Source of the DNA: Candidatus Saccharimonadota bacterium
GTDB lineage: Bacteria; Bacteroidota; Bacteroidia; Cytophagales; Amoebophilaceae
Reading direction: 5' to 3'
Assembly (NCBI RefSeq): GCF_936981045.1
Contig: NZ_OW441264.1
Span: 1,105,203 to 1,137,202 of the forward strand
Length of the DNA: 32,000 nt
The translations under genes were made by a program, and so were the position numbers. The first letter of the stretch is position 1. Every line of letters starts with the position of its first letter. Positions 7,586 through 16,701 of the stretch are shown here, one piece after another. Under the pieces are notes generated by a model, which searched no databases, had not been told where the DNA came from, and saw only the letters and a list, made by a program, of their open reading frames with translations.

Positions 7586-8418
7586 GGTTCTGTCGCGTTT
7601 ATTCTAAAAAATGATTATTTTAGTATCGGTATTTAAAAAAGTAGTTATTATGTTTAATATTTCTCCCGAGTTATTACCATATTTTAAAGGTTATTGTTCT
7701 TCATCAGAAGTCATCCTGTTATTTGTATACATGAAGTGTCGTTTTTCCTTGAGCTATAGAGATTTGGAAGAGATGATGCGTATGAGAGGCGCAAAAGTTG
7801 ATCATTCTACGCTACAGAGATGGGTTATTAAGTTTGTTCCTCTGATAGATAAAGCAGTAAGAAAAAGAAAACGACCAGTTGGTAGTAGTTGGAGAATGGA
7901 TGAAACCTATGTTAAACTAAACGGGAAGTGGATCTATTTATATAGAGCAGTAGATCGTTATGGTGATACAGTTGACTTTTTTCTATCTGAGCATAGAGAC
8001 AAGTCTTCAACGCTTTCTTTTTTTCGAAAGGCGATCACAGAAAATAATATTCCTAAGAAAGTAGTAATTGACAAAAGCGGTAGTAATAAAGCTGCCCTTG
8101 ATGCGATCAATACAGATCTTGATCAAGATCATACCATTCAAATATTGCAAAACAAATATTTGAATAATAGAGTTGAACAAGATCATAGGTTTATCAAAAA
8201 ACGGATAAAACCTATGCTGGGTTTTAAGAATTTTTATTCTGCTTCCATTACTATTTCAGGGATAGAAAACATTCGTATGATTCAAAAAGGACAAGTAAGA
8301 GGAGCTAAAAATCATCTTTCTACTTTTGAGAACTTTGCTATCTTAATGGCCGCATAATATCCAAAATTTGACTTAAACGAAAAACCTATACTAAGAAAAC
8401 TATAGACGCGACAGAACC
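7586..8418 (+). mobile_element. IS6-family insertion sequence, copy A (833 bp)
   Basis: Termini GGTTCTGTCGCGTTTAT (IRL) and rc GGTTCTGTCGCGTCTAT (IRR), with a single DDE ORF. Flanks AGTAAAAC / CTAATGCC, so no TSD. Confidence 0.9.
7611..8357 (+). CDS. IS6 family DDE transposase (copy A)
   Basis: DDE triad context WRMDETYVK (D97), VVIDKSGSN (D154), NNRVEQDHRFIKKR (E189). The real start may be M14 (7650), by analogy with IS26 Tnp length. Confidence 0.9.
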   Translation: MIILVSVFKKVVIMFNISPELLPYFKGYCSSSEVILLFVYMKCRFSLSYRDLEEMMRMRGAKVDHSTLQRWVIKFVPLIDKAVRKRKRPVGSSWRMDETYVKLNGKWIYLYRAVDRYGDTVDFFLSEHRDKSSTLSFFRKAITENNIPKKVVIDKSGSNKAALDAINTDLDQDHTIQILQNKYLNNRVEQDHRFIKKRIKPMLGFKNFYSASITISGIENIRMIQKGQVRGAKNHLSTFENFAILMAA

Positions 8419-8453
8419 CTAATGCCAGACGTATAGTTTAGGACTTTAGCATT

Positions 8454-9317
8454 TTAAATATGCCGTTCTGCATGGTAAGAGGAACGTACAAGTGGACCTG
8501 ACTCCACATAAGAAAAGCCACGCTTGAGCGCCTCATTTTTAAAATGCGCAAATTTATCTGGATGTACGAAAGTAGCCACTTCAAGATGTTGCTTAGTAGG
8601 TTGTAGATATTGACCTAGCGTTAAAACATCCAAACCATTCTCCAGAAGGTCATCCATAACTTGATAGACCTCCGCATCTGTTTCGCCTAATCCGAGCATA
8701 ATACCCGATTTAGATCGTTTGCCATATGCTTTAATTCGTCTAAGTTGCTCTAAGCTGCGTGCATACTTAGCCTGTGGACGGACTGTTTTATACAGTCTTT
8801 CTACAGTTTCCATATTGTGAGAGACAACCTCTTGACCCGAACTAATCATCCGCTCTAGTGCCCACCAAATCGCCTTAACATCTGGAATTAAGGTTTCTAT
8901 AGTGATCGAGGGATTCAAGGCCTTGACCTCCTTAACGGTTTGATACCAAATTTCTGCGCCACAGTCCTTTAGTTCGTCTCTATTTACCGAAGTAATAACC
9001 GCATGTTTAACCCCCATTAGATGAATCGCTTGTGCAACTCGTTTCGGTTCTTCCTTATCATAAACAGTAGGTCTGCCAGTAGCTACCGCACAAAAGCCAC
9101 AACTTCGCGTGCAAATATTACCCAATATCATAAAAGTAGCCGTACCTACTCCCCAACATTCACCCATATTGGGACAGTTACCACTGGTGCAAATGGTGTG
9201 TAGCTTGTGTTGATCTACTATATCACGTACAGTGATATAGTGCTTACCTATCGGTAATTTAACCCGCAACCAATCTGGACGTTGAGTAGTTGTAGTCGGT
9301 GAGGTTTTTTGTTTCAT
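8454..9317 (-). CDS. lipA: Lipoyl synthase (radical SAM)
   Basis: N-terminal cluster CxxxxCxxxxxC ([12 protein letters not shown]) and radical-SAM CTRSCGFC. Conserved C-terminal RSSYHA. Confidence 0.95.
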   Translation of the reverse strand: MKQKTSPTTTTQRPDWLRVKLPIGKHYITVRDIVDQHKLHTICTSGNCPNMGECWGVGTATFMILGNICTRSCGFCAVATGRPTVYDKEEPKRVAQAIHLMGVKHAVITSVNRDELKDCGAEIWYQTVKEVKALNPSITIETLIPDVKAIWWALERMISSGQEVVSHNMETVERLYKTVRPQAKYARSLEQLRRIKAYGKRSKSGIMLGLGETDAEVYQVMDDLLENGLDVLTLGQYLQPTKQHLEVATFVHPDKFAHFKNEALKRGFSYVESGPLVRSSYHAERHI

Positions 9318-9323
9318 GACAAT

Positions 9324-10156
9324 GGTTCTGTCGCGTCTATAGTTTTCTTAGTATAGGTTTTTCGTTTAAGTCAAATTTTGGATATTATGCGGCCATTAAG
9401 ATAGCAAAGTTCTCAAAAGTAGAAAGATGATTTTTAACTCCTCTTACTTGTCCTTTTTGAATCATACGAATGTTTTCTATCCCTGAAATAGTAATGGAAG
9501 CAGAATAAAAATTCTTAAAACCCAGCATAGGTTTTATCCGTTTTTTGATAAACCTATGATCTTGTTCAACTCTATTATTCAAATATTTGTTTTGCAATAT
9601 TTGAATGGTATGATCTTGATCAAGATCTGTATTGATCGCATCAAGGGCAGCTTTATTACTACCGCTTTTGTCAATTACTACTTTCTTAGGAATATTATTT
9701 TCTGTGATCGCCTTGCGAAAAAAAGAAAGCGTTGAAGACTTGTCTCTATGATCAGATAGAAAAAAGTCAACTGTATCACCATAACGATCTACTGCTCTAT
9801 ATAAATAGATCCACTTCCCGTTTAGTTTAACATAGGTTTCATCCATTCTCCAACTACTACCAACTGGTCGTTTTCTTTTTCTTACTGCTTTATCTATCAG
9901 AGGAACAAACTTAATAACCCATCTCTGTAGCGTAGAATGATCAACTCTTGCGCCTCTCATACGCATCATCTCTTCCAAATCTCTATAGCTCAAGGAAAAA
10001 CGACACTTCATGTATACAAATAACAGGATGACTTCTGATGAAGAACAATAACCTTTAAAATATGGTAATAACTCGGGAGAAATATTAAACATAATAACTA
10101 CTTTTTTAAATACCGATACTAAAATAATCATTTTTTAGAATAAACGCGACAGAACC
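9324..10156 (-). mobile_element. IS6-family insertion sequence, copy B (833 bp)
   Basis: Same termini as copy A. The IRR end lies 6 bp from the lipA ATG. The IRL end interrupts an IS982-like element. Confidence 0.9.
9385..10131 (-). CDS. IS6 family DDE transposase (copy B)
   Basis: 248 aa. Differs from copy A only at K62R, E127D and A232V. Confidence 0.9.
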   Translation of the reverse strand: MIILVSVFKKVVIMFNISPELLPYFKGYCSSSEVILLFVYMKCRFSLSYRDLEEMMRMRGARVDHSTLQRWVIKFVPLIDKAVRKRKRPVGSSWRMDETYVKLNGKWIYLYRAVDRYGDTVDFFLSDHRDKSSTLSFFRKAITENNIPKKVVIDKSGSNKAALDAINTDLDQDHTIQILQNKYLNNRVEQDHRFIKKRIKPMLGFKNFYSASITISGIENIRMIQKGQVRGVKNHLSTFENFAILMAA

Positions 10157-10280
10157 AATTTTTCTACATTCATAACTGGCTCCTTTGGATAATCTGGTTA
10201 GTATTTTTTTATCTCCAAATTTAAAACACAAAGGAGCTTTTTAAAGCTATTTTTTAACAAGCTAATCCCGAACTCAGGTT
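10157..10280 (-). mobile_element. IS982-like element, left-end fragment (IRL to codon 6 of transposase)
   Basis: rc reads AACCTGAGTTCGGGATTAGCTTG...ATGAATGTAGAAAAATT. One SNP from the copies at 21523 and 22373. Truncated by IS6 copy B. Confidence 0.8.
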
Positions 10281-10296
10281 ATATCGCAAATTGAAG

Positions 10297-10929
10297 TTAT
10301 CTATCCCCAGACAGTATGGTAGCAGACAATAAGCCTATTGCTATGCCCAATAATGCACCACAAATCACATCCAAAGGGTAATGCATGCCTCCATAGATTC
10401 TTCCGTAAGAGATAAGCGTAGCCCATGGAAAGAATAAATAGGTATATTTATACCTTTTTCTTAAAGATTTCCAGAAAAATATTGCAAATGCAAAAGTATT
10501 GCTTGCGTGAGATGAAGGAAATCCATACAGGCCTATATGTGCTCCCACTAAGTGAATAGGTGGTAAGTTGGGTGCATAACATGGACGATACCTTGCAAAA
10601 AAAGGCTTCAATAAAGAAGAAGTAGATTGGTCAGCAATAAGAATGGCTAGGCTCAATGATAAGAGGCCCCGCCACCCTAGATTTGTTTTGATGAAAAAAA
10701 ATAAAAAAAGATACAACGGGATCCAAAAAGTTGTACAGGTGATCCACTTAAAAAGTAGGTCCATAGATGGATGAGAAACGTTATTTAATATAAAAAATAA
10801 TGCCTGGTCTAACGCTTTGATAGGTGTAAGCATCATCGACAATATGCAAAGTACCCAGGTCCGGGATTGAACCGGCACGATGTCACTATCATTGGCCTTT
10901 GCGACCAGCCCATCTGCCAATTCCGCCAC
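10297..10929 (-). CDS. PAP2-family phosphatase (phosphatidic acid / undecaprenyl-diphosphate phosphatase-like)
   Basis: Tripartite PAP2 motif: KPFFARYRP, PSSHAS, GRIYGGMHYPLD. The start may be the internal MM at about 10836. Confidence 0.8.
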   Translation of the reverse strand: MAELADGLVAKANDSDIVPVQSRTWVLCILSMMLTPIKALDQALFFILNNVSHPSMDLLFKWITCTTFWIPLYLFLFFFIKTNLGWRGLLSLSLAILIADQSTSSLLKPFFARYRPCYAPNLPPIHLVGAHIGLYGFPSSHASNTFAFAIFFWKSLRKRYKYTYLFFPWATLISYGRIYGGMHYPLDVICGALLGIAIGLLSATILSGDR

Positions 10930-10948
10930 CTAGGCAGTAATAAAGTAT

Positions 10949-11875
10949 TTATATTACATCCGGCTGCAAATAAAAACTTTGCAAGCGTTGTATTTCTTTT
11001 GTCCACATGGTTGCACCATTGGGTGTTTCTAAATATTTAGGAATCATCCGAAGTTTTGGATGCTGCATGATGGTTTGAAAACAAGCCATCCCTATTTCCC
11101 CATTGCCTAAGTTAGCATGTCGGTCCTTTCTTGAACCAAGTGGCGTCATAGAGTCATTCACATGTAGGGCATAGAGATGGTGTAGACCAACGATTGATTC
11201 AAATTTGGTCAATGTATCCTCCCATCTATCAAGGGTACGAATGTCATACCCTGCTGCAAAAATATGACAAGTATCGATACAAACCCCAATAGGAACTACT
11301 TCTTTGACTCGATCGATTATATAGGCCAACTGTTCAAAGGAATGGCCAACCGTAGAGCCTTGACCTGCGGTGGTTTCTACCAGCAAACGTAAAGTCGTTT
11401 CTTGTTGGAAAAGTGGCTTAAGTGCCCATAAACTTTCCACAATTCGGTCTAAACAAGCTTCCATGCTATCGCCCGTTGCAGCACCTGGATGAAAGTTTAA
11501 ATAATTGATTTTTAAAGCTAAACAACGTGTTACTTCTTCCACAAAAGCGTTACGACTTTTTGCCAACAACGGTTCTTTGTTAGAACCAAGGTTGATCAGA
11601 TAACTCGCATGGCTCATCACCTGTTTCATAGAGGTAGTCTCTAGTGCATGGTGCCATCCCTCTAGCGCTACTTTATTCGGTAGTTTACCTACCCATTGGC
11701 GTTGATTATTGGTAAAAAGTTGTATAGTAGTCGCACCTATTGCTGCACCATGCAGTAACGCATTGTGGAGCCCCCCTTGGGTAGAGGTATGGGCACCAAT
11801 CAATGGTACAGTGGCATCTATTTCTGTCGTTATCTCTACCATATAGGGTGTGGGTTTAGTGATATCTAGAAGCAT
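10949..11875 (-). CDS. nfo: Endonuclease IV (AP endonuclease family 2)
   Basis: IGAHTS, HASYLINL, FHPG, ETTAGQGSTVG, CIDTCHIFAAGYD, HVNDS..GSRKDRH. The start may be the downstream ATG at 11842. Confidence 0.9.
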   Translation of the reverse strand: MLLDITKPTPYMVEITTEIDATVPLIGAHTSTQGGLHNALLHGAAIGATTIQLFTNNQRQWVGKLPNKVALEGWHHALETTSMKQVMSHASYLINLGSNKEPLLAKSRNAFVEEVTRCLALKINYLNFHPGAATGDSMEACLDRIVESLWALKPLFQQETTLRLLVETTAGQGSTVGHSFEQLAYIIDRVKEVVPIGVCIDTCHIFAAGYDIRTLDRWEDTLTKFESIVGLHHLYALHVNDSMTPLGSRKDRHANLGNGEIGMACFQTIMQHPKLRMIPKYLETPNGATMWTKEIQRLQSFYLQPDVI

Positions 11876-11923
11876 GAAGATAAAGATACACCATTATACA
11901 CAACCTATCTAATCTGTTGTAGT

Positions 11924-12165
11924 AACGTGAGTTCGGGATTTATTTGACTGATTTACAACAATTTAATATCAATTATTTAGTTAATATTTGCACCTATTTA
12001 ACAAGTTTTTATATCTAATTTTATAAATATAATATATATAATAAACTGATTATCAGAATTATTTTTTATTCAACTACCTATTTAACTGTCTATAAAACAA
12101 ATTTTATAAATTTTTATTAATATTGATTTTCAAATGAAAAAATAATCTAATCCCGAACTCACGTT
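11924..12165 (-). mobile_element. AT-rich MITE family A, copy 2
   Basis: AACGTGAGTTCGGGAT ... ATCCCGAACTCACGTT. If the TIR is taken as ACGTGAG, TAGTA flanks both sides (candidate 5-bp TSD). Lies in the divergent nfo/ppa intergenic region. Confidence 0.85.
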
Positions 12166-12301
12166 AGTAGGAAAAATTTAAGCACTGGCTTAGGTTTGTT
12201 ACTAGATTGCTAGCAAATTTGTAATTTATGTATTGTCTAGCCCATTAGACGATGAGGTCTAATAGGCATATTGCTAATTATGTATTTAAATCTGAAAGGG
12301 A

Positions 12302-12829
12302 ATGAATATAGAAAAGATATCATTAGGGGATGATTTTCCAAATGAGCTGCATGTCATCATTGAAATTCCGATGCATCATGATCCTGTAAAGTATGAAATG
12401 GATAAATCCTCTGGTACTTTATTTGTAGATAGATTTATGCCAACGGCTATGTATTATCCTTGTAACTATGGATTTGTCCCACATACCTCTTCTGGAGATG
12501 GGGATCCTGCTGATGTCTTGGTGGTAACCACCTACCCTATTATATCCGGTGCGGTGATTAAAGCTAGACCTATTGGCGTATTATTGATGGAAGATGAATC
12601 TGGTTTTGATGAAAAAGTTATTGCACTACCTATCAAAAAAGTAGCGCCTGAATTTGCGCATATTGATCATATTGAACAATTAAATACGCTTTTACAAGGG
12701 CGTATTATACACTTTTTTAGTCACTATAAGGATTTAGATGCGGCAAAATGGGTTAAAGTAAAGGGATTTGAAGGGAAGGGAAAGGCTATGGAACTTTTAA
12801 CAGAAGCCGCGCAAAGGGTTAAAAGCTAA
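12302..12829 (+). CDS. ppa: Inorganic pyrophosphatase (family I)
   Basis: YPCNYGFVP.T...DGDPADVLV and DEKVIA motifs. 175 aa. Confidence 0.95.
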   Translation: MNIEKISLGDDFPNELHVIIEIPMHHDPVKYEMDKSSGTLFVDRFMPTAMYYPCNYGFVPHTSSGDGDPADVLVVTTYPIISGAVIKARPIGVLLMEDESGFDEKVIALPIKKVAPEFAHIDHIEQLNTLLQGRIIHFFSHYKDLDAAKWVKVKGFEGKGKAMELLTEAAQRVKS

Positions 12830-12881
12830 TAGAACTGTTTCGAAACCTATTTGTGATGACCAATTTTTAGGAGAAGAGCAG

Positions 12882-15506
12882 TTGAGCACCGCATCATACT
12901 CAGATGTATTTCAGGAGTATAGACAAACTTTAACCAAAAAATTGCCATTAGAAATCGAGTTCCCAAAGAGGTCTAATCAGTCGAATAATAGTGTTACTTT
13001 CTTGAAAATTATGCACCAAACATGCGACGCTGCAAACGGCTCTAATGGTCCGGATCATAAAGCGTCTGACCTACCTCCTATGGAGGAAATGTATGAACAG
13101 TGGTTTTTAGAATATGCTTCTTATGTAATTTTGGAGCGAGCTGTGCCTGCTATAGAAGATGGTCTTAAGCCTGTGCAGCGTCGGATTCTCCATGCCATGC
13201 AGCTGATTGACGATGGTCGTTACAATAAAGTAGCCAATATTGTAGGGCAAACGATGCAATACCATCCCCATGGAGATGCATCTATTACAGAGGCCATTGT
13301 AGCTATAGGCCAAAAAGAATTGTTGATAGATACGCAGGGGAATTGGGGAGACTTGCGGACCGGGGATAGTGCGGCTGCTGCCCGCTATATAGAAGCCCGT
13401 CTAGCTCCATTCAGTAAGGAGATTTTGTATAGTCCACAGATTACAACCTGGCAACTCTCTTACGATGGCAGAAAAAAAGAGCCCCGTACCTTACCGGTTA
13501 AATTTCCGCTATTGCTTGCCCAAGGTGTAGAGGGCATTGCGGTAGGACTGGCGACTAAAATTTTACCCCATAATTTTATAGAACTGGTAGAAGCCGCTAT
13601 AGATCTGCTTAAGGGTAAACCTGTTAGCTTATTTCCAGATTTTGCCACAGGTGGATTAGCAGATTGTACCCATTATAATGAGGGAAAAAGGGGAGGGAAG
13701 GTGCGGGTACGTGCCCGTATAGTAGCCCGAGAGAAGCAAACATTGGCTATAACCGAAATACCTTACGCGGCTACTACTACTAGTTTAATTGATTCTATCC
13801 TAAAGGCACATGAAAAAGGGAAAATAAAAATTAAAAATGTGGTGGATAACACGGCAGAGGATATTGAAATCCTTGTGCACTTGCTCTCTGGTCAACCAGC
13901 AGAAACCGTTATAGATGCACTCTATCTTTTCACAGATTGTGAAGGAAGTTATGCGCCTAATGCTTGTGTGATTCAGGATGAAAAACCTGTTTTTGTAACG
14001 GTTCATGAGCTCTTGGCCTATGCGGTAGCCCGTACGACCGATTTGTTGGAACAAGAGTTGCTTTTAGAACAGCAGGCATTAAAAGAAAAATTATTTTTTG
14101 CCAGTTTGGAAAAAATATTTATTGAAAACCGTATCTATAGGGAGATAGAAGCATGTACAACCTGGGAGGAGCTACTGATGACCATAGCAGACCATCTTAA
14201 ACCCTATGATTTTTATCGGCCCATTGTAGAAGAAGATTTAGTCCGTTTAACAGAGATTAAGATCAAACGCATCTCACAATATGATAGCCTCCGTGCGCAG
14301 GAAACATTAACCCAACTTCAAACCCATTTAGCTACTACCATACATCATTTACAGCACCTAAAGGATTACACCATAGCCTGGTATAGCGGCCTGCTTCAAA
14401 AATATGGAAAGGGCCGAGAAAGAAAAACCATTTTAACCAGCTTTGATCCTATTCCGCTACATGATGTAATGGTAAAACATTATAAGCTTTATGTAAATCG
14501 TAAACAAGGTTTTATAGGTTACAGGCTTAAAGGAGAAGAATTTGTCCAGGCTTGCTCAGATATAGATGATATCATTGTAATAAGAAAAGATGGCAAATAT
14601 GTCATTACTAAAATAGCAGATAAGCTCTTTGTAGGAAAAGACATTATATATGTTTCTGTTTATGATAAAAAAGATACTAAACGTTATTATAATGTAATTT
14701 ATGTAGATGGTGCTACTGGTATTTCCTTTGTCAAACGGTTTCAAGTATTGGCGATTACACGTGATAAAACCTATGATTTAACCTTAGGCACACCCGGCTC
14801 TAGAGTAGTTTATTTAAGTGCAGAGCCCAATGGAGCGACAGAAACTGTTACCATTTTACTTTCTCCTATCAGTAGGACGACTAAAAAGAAATTTGAATTT
14901 AATTTTGCTGATTTATCCATAAAAGGACGTGCTACCAGAGGCAATATCCTGACTAAGCATGCCATTTATAAGGTGCAACAAAAAGGAAAAGACGGTTCTA
15001 CACTAGCTAAAGTGGAGCTCTGGTATGATGCGTCTACAGGTCAAATAGCGCCTCGTGGAAAAGGAAAATTACTAGGCGTTTTGGGTCCAACGGATAAAAT
15101 CCTTTTGGTCTTTAAGGAGGGGTACTATCTGGTAACTACTTTCTCCTTTCAACCAATCCCTGATCGCATTGCCCTTATAGAGCCATTAAGAAATACCCAT
15201 CTGCTTTCGGTTGTCTATTACAACAATCTACAGCAAAACTATTTTGTAAAACGTTTTATGGTAGAGATGGGGGTTTTAGATAAAAAATATAATCTATTTC
15301 TTTCAGAACCACATGGTTGCATTTTAAAATTGGTTACGTCTTCTGAAACGCCTAAATTACAATTGCACTATTTAGTAGATGCTACTGGTAATGACAAACG
15401 ATCGATTATCTATGATTTAGAAAAAGTTGCTGTTAAAACCATTAGAGCAAAGGGAGCCTTGCTTTCTAAATATAAGATTACAGCAGTAGATTTATGGAAT
15501 GAGTGA
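12882..15506 (+). CDS. parC: DNA topoisomerase IV subunit A (GyrA/ParC family)
   Basis: YASYVILERAVPAIEDGLKPVQRRILHAM, QYHPHGDASI, AAARYIEARL (catalytic Tyr region). No GyrA-box was recognised. The TTG start is uncertain. Confidence 0.8.
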   Translation: MSTASYSDVFQEYRQTLTKKLPLEIEFPKRSNQSNNSVTFLKIMHQTCDAANGSNGPDHKASDLPPMEEMYEQWFLEYASYVILERAVPAIEDGLKPVQRRILHAMQLIDDGRYNKVANIVGQTMQYHPHGDASITEAIVAIGQKELLIDTQGNWGDLRTGDSAAAARYIEARLAPFSKEILYSPQITTWQLSYDGRKKEPRTLPVKFPLLLAQGVEGIAVGLATKILPHNFIELVEAAIDLLKGKPVSLFPDFATGGLADCTHYNEGKRGGKVRVRARIVAREKQTLAITEIPYAATTTSLIDSILKAHEKGKIKIKNVVDNTAEDIEILVHLLSGQPAETVIDALYLFTDCEGSYAPNACVIQDEKPVFVTVHELLAYAVARTTDLLEQELLLEQQALKEKLFFASLEKIFIENRIYREIEACTTWEELLMTIADHLKPYDFYRPIVEEDLVRLTEIKIKRISQYDSLRAQETLTQLQTHLATTIHHLQHLKDYTIAWYSGLLQKYGKGRERKTILTSFDPIPLHDVMVKHYKLYVNRKQGFIGYRLKGEEFVQACSDIDDIIVIRKDGKYVITKIADKLFVGKDIIYVSVYDKKDTKRYYNVIYVDGATGISFVKRFQVLAITRDKTYDLTLGTPGSRVVYLSAEPNGATETVTILLSPISRTTKKKFEFNFADLSIKGRATRGNILTKHAIYKVQQKGKDGSTLAKVELWYDASTGQIAPRGKGKLLGVLGPTDKILLVFKEGYYLVTTFSFQPIPDRIALIEPLRNTHLLSVVYYNNLQQNYFVKRFMVEMGVLDKKYNLFLSEPHGCILKLVTSSETPKLQLHYLVDATGNDKRSIIYDLEKVAVKTIRAKGALLSKYKITAVDLWNE

Positions 15507-15680
15507 TTTGTATATTCAGTAAATGTGGTTTAAGCCAACTCAGTTTTGATATTGATATAGAAATCGCTATCTAGCCTAGTATCTAATGTAAACACAACGT
15601 TTCTCACGCTATTTTGAAAAGAAAAATGTCCTATGTGCTTAGGTGTTTACGTTAAATATTAATAACTTAATAACCTGAGT

Positions 15681-15692
15681 GGTTCTGTCGCG
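15681..15692 (+). mobile_element. 12-bp solo IS6 terminus, 9 bp outside copy C
   Basis: GGTTCTGTCGCG is followed by GGTCTTTTG, then the complete IS end. It is preceded by AACCTGAGT, a truncated IS982/MITE-A TIR. Confidence 0.5.
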
Positions 15693-15701
15693 GGTCTTTT
15701 G

Positions 15702-16534
15702 GGTTCTGTCGCGTCTATAGTTTTCTTAGTATAGGTTTTTCGTTTAAGTCAAATTTTGGATATTATGCGGCCATTAAGATAGCAAAGTTCCCAAAAGTAG
15801 AAAGATGATTTTTAGCTCCTCTTACTTGTCCTTTTTGAATCATACGAATGTTTTCTATCCCTGAAATAGTAATGGAAGCAGAATAAAAATTCTTAAAACC
15901 CAGCATAGGTTTTATCCGTTTTTTGATAAACCTATGATCTTGTTCAACTCTATTATTCAAATATTTGTTTTGCAATATTTGAATGGTATGATCTTGATCA
16001 AGATCTGTATTGATCGCATCAAGGGCAGCTTTATTACTACCGCTTTTGTCAATTACTACTTTCTTAGGAATATTATTTTCTGTGATCGCCTTGCGAAAAA
16101 AAGAAAGCGTTGAAGACTTGTCTCTATGATCAGATAGAAAAAAGTCAACTGTATCACCATAACGATCTACTGCTCTATATAAATAGATCCACTTCCCGTT
16201 TAGTTTAACATAGGTTTCATCCATTTTCCAACTACTACCAATTGGTCGTTTTCTTTTTCTTACTGCTTTATCTATCAGAGGAACAAACTTAATAACCCAT
16301 CTCTGTAGCGTAGAATGATCAACTCTTGCGCCTCTCATACGCATCATCTCTTCCAAATCTCTATAGCTCAAGGAAAAACGACACTTCATGTATACAAATA
16401 ACAGGATAACTTCTGATGAAGAACAATAACCTTTAAAATATGGTAATAACTCGGGAGAAATATTAAACATAATAACTACTTTTTTAAATACCGATACTAA
16501 AATAATCATTTTTTAGAATAAACGCGACAGAACC
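15702..16534 (-). mobile_element. IS6-family insertion sequence, copy C (833 bp)
   Basis: Same termini as the other copies. Lies head to head with copy D. Confidence 0.9.
15763..16509 (-). CDS. IS6 family DDE transposase (copy C)
   Basis: 248 aa. Shares V90I, R95K and E240G with copy D. Confidence 0.9.
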   Translation of the reverse strand: MIILVSVFKKVVIMFNISPELLPYFKGYCSSSEVILLFVYMKCRFSLSYRDLEEMMRMRGARVDHSTLQRWVIKFVPLIDKAVRKRKRPIGSSWKMDETYVKLNGKWIYLYRAVDRYGDTVDFFLSDHRDKSSTLSFFRKAITENNIPKKVVIDKSGSNKAALDAINTDLDQDHTIQILQNKYLNNRVEQDHRFIKKRIKPMLGFKNFYSASITISGIENIRMIQKGQVRGAKNHLSTFGNFAILMAA

Positions 16535-16701
16535 GTTCCATTCGGGTTAAGGCGACCAAACTTAGAGACGATTTCTTGAGAACCAGGCAAGCGAACTGAG
16601 AAGCCATCTCCAGCAATAACTCTATAACCTCTCCATGTTCCATATGAGGTATCACCTTGATAAGCTGTTTGAAGGCTTAAATTCAATAATTCTTTAAATC
16701 C
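16535..16701 (-). pseudogene. IS4-family-like transposase internal fragment
   Basis: The minus strand reads GFKELLNLSLQTAYQGDTSYGTWRGYRVIAGDGFSVRLPGSQEIVSKFGRLNPNG. This resembles the W.G.R..A.DGS...LP first-D region of IS4-type DDE transposases. Confidence 0.35.

Noticed and set aside
8367-8418. Outward sigma70-like promoter in the IS6 IRR end (TTGACT 51 nt from the terminus, TATACT downstream)
   Set aside because: The spacer is only 13 nt, and Bacteroidota use a different -33/-7 consensus (TTTG / TAnnTTTG) that I do not see there. I kept it as a weak idea inside the lipA finding only.
7578-10164. Claiming the IS6-lipA-IS6 and IS6-PLP-IS6 units are recently transposed composite transposons
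   Set aside because: The 8-bp flanks do not match as direct repeats: AGTAAAAC vs AATTTTTC, and TTAAATCC vs GCTTCACT. They also do not match as the reverse-complement pairs expected for IS26-type intramolecular inversion. Mobility of the units is therefore only a hypothesis, not shown by the sequence.
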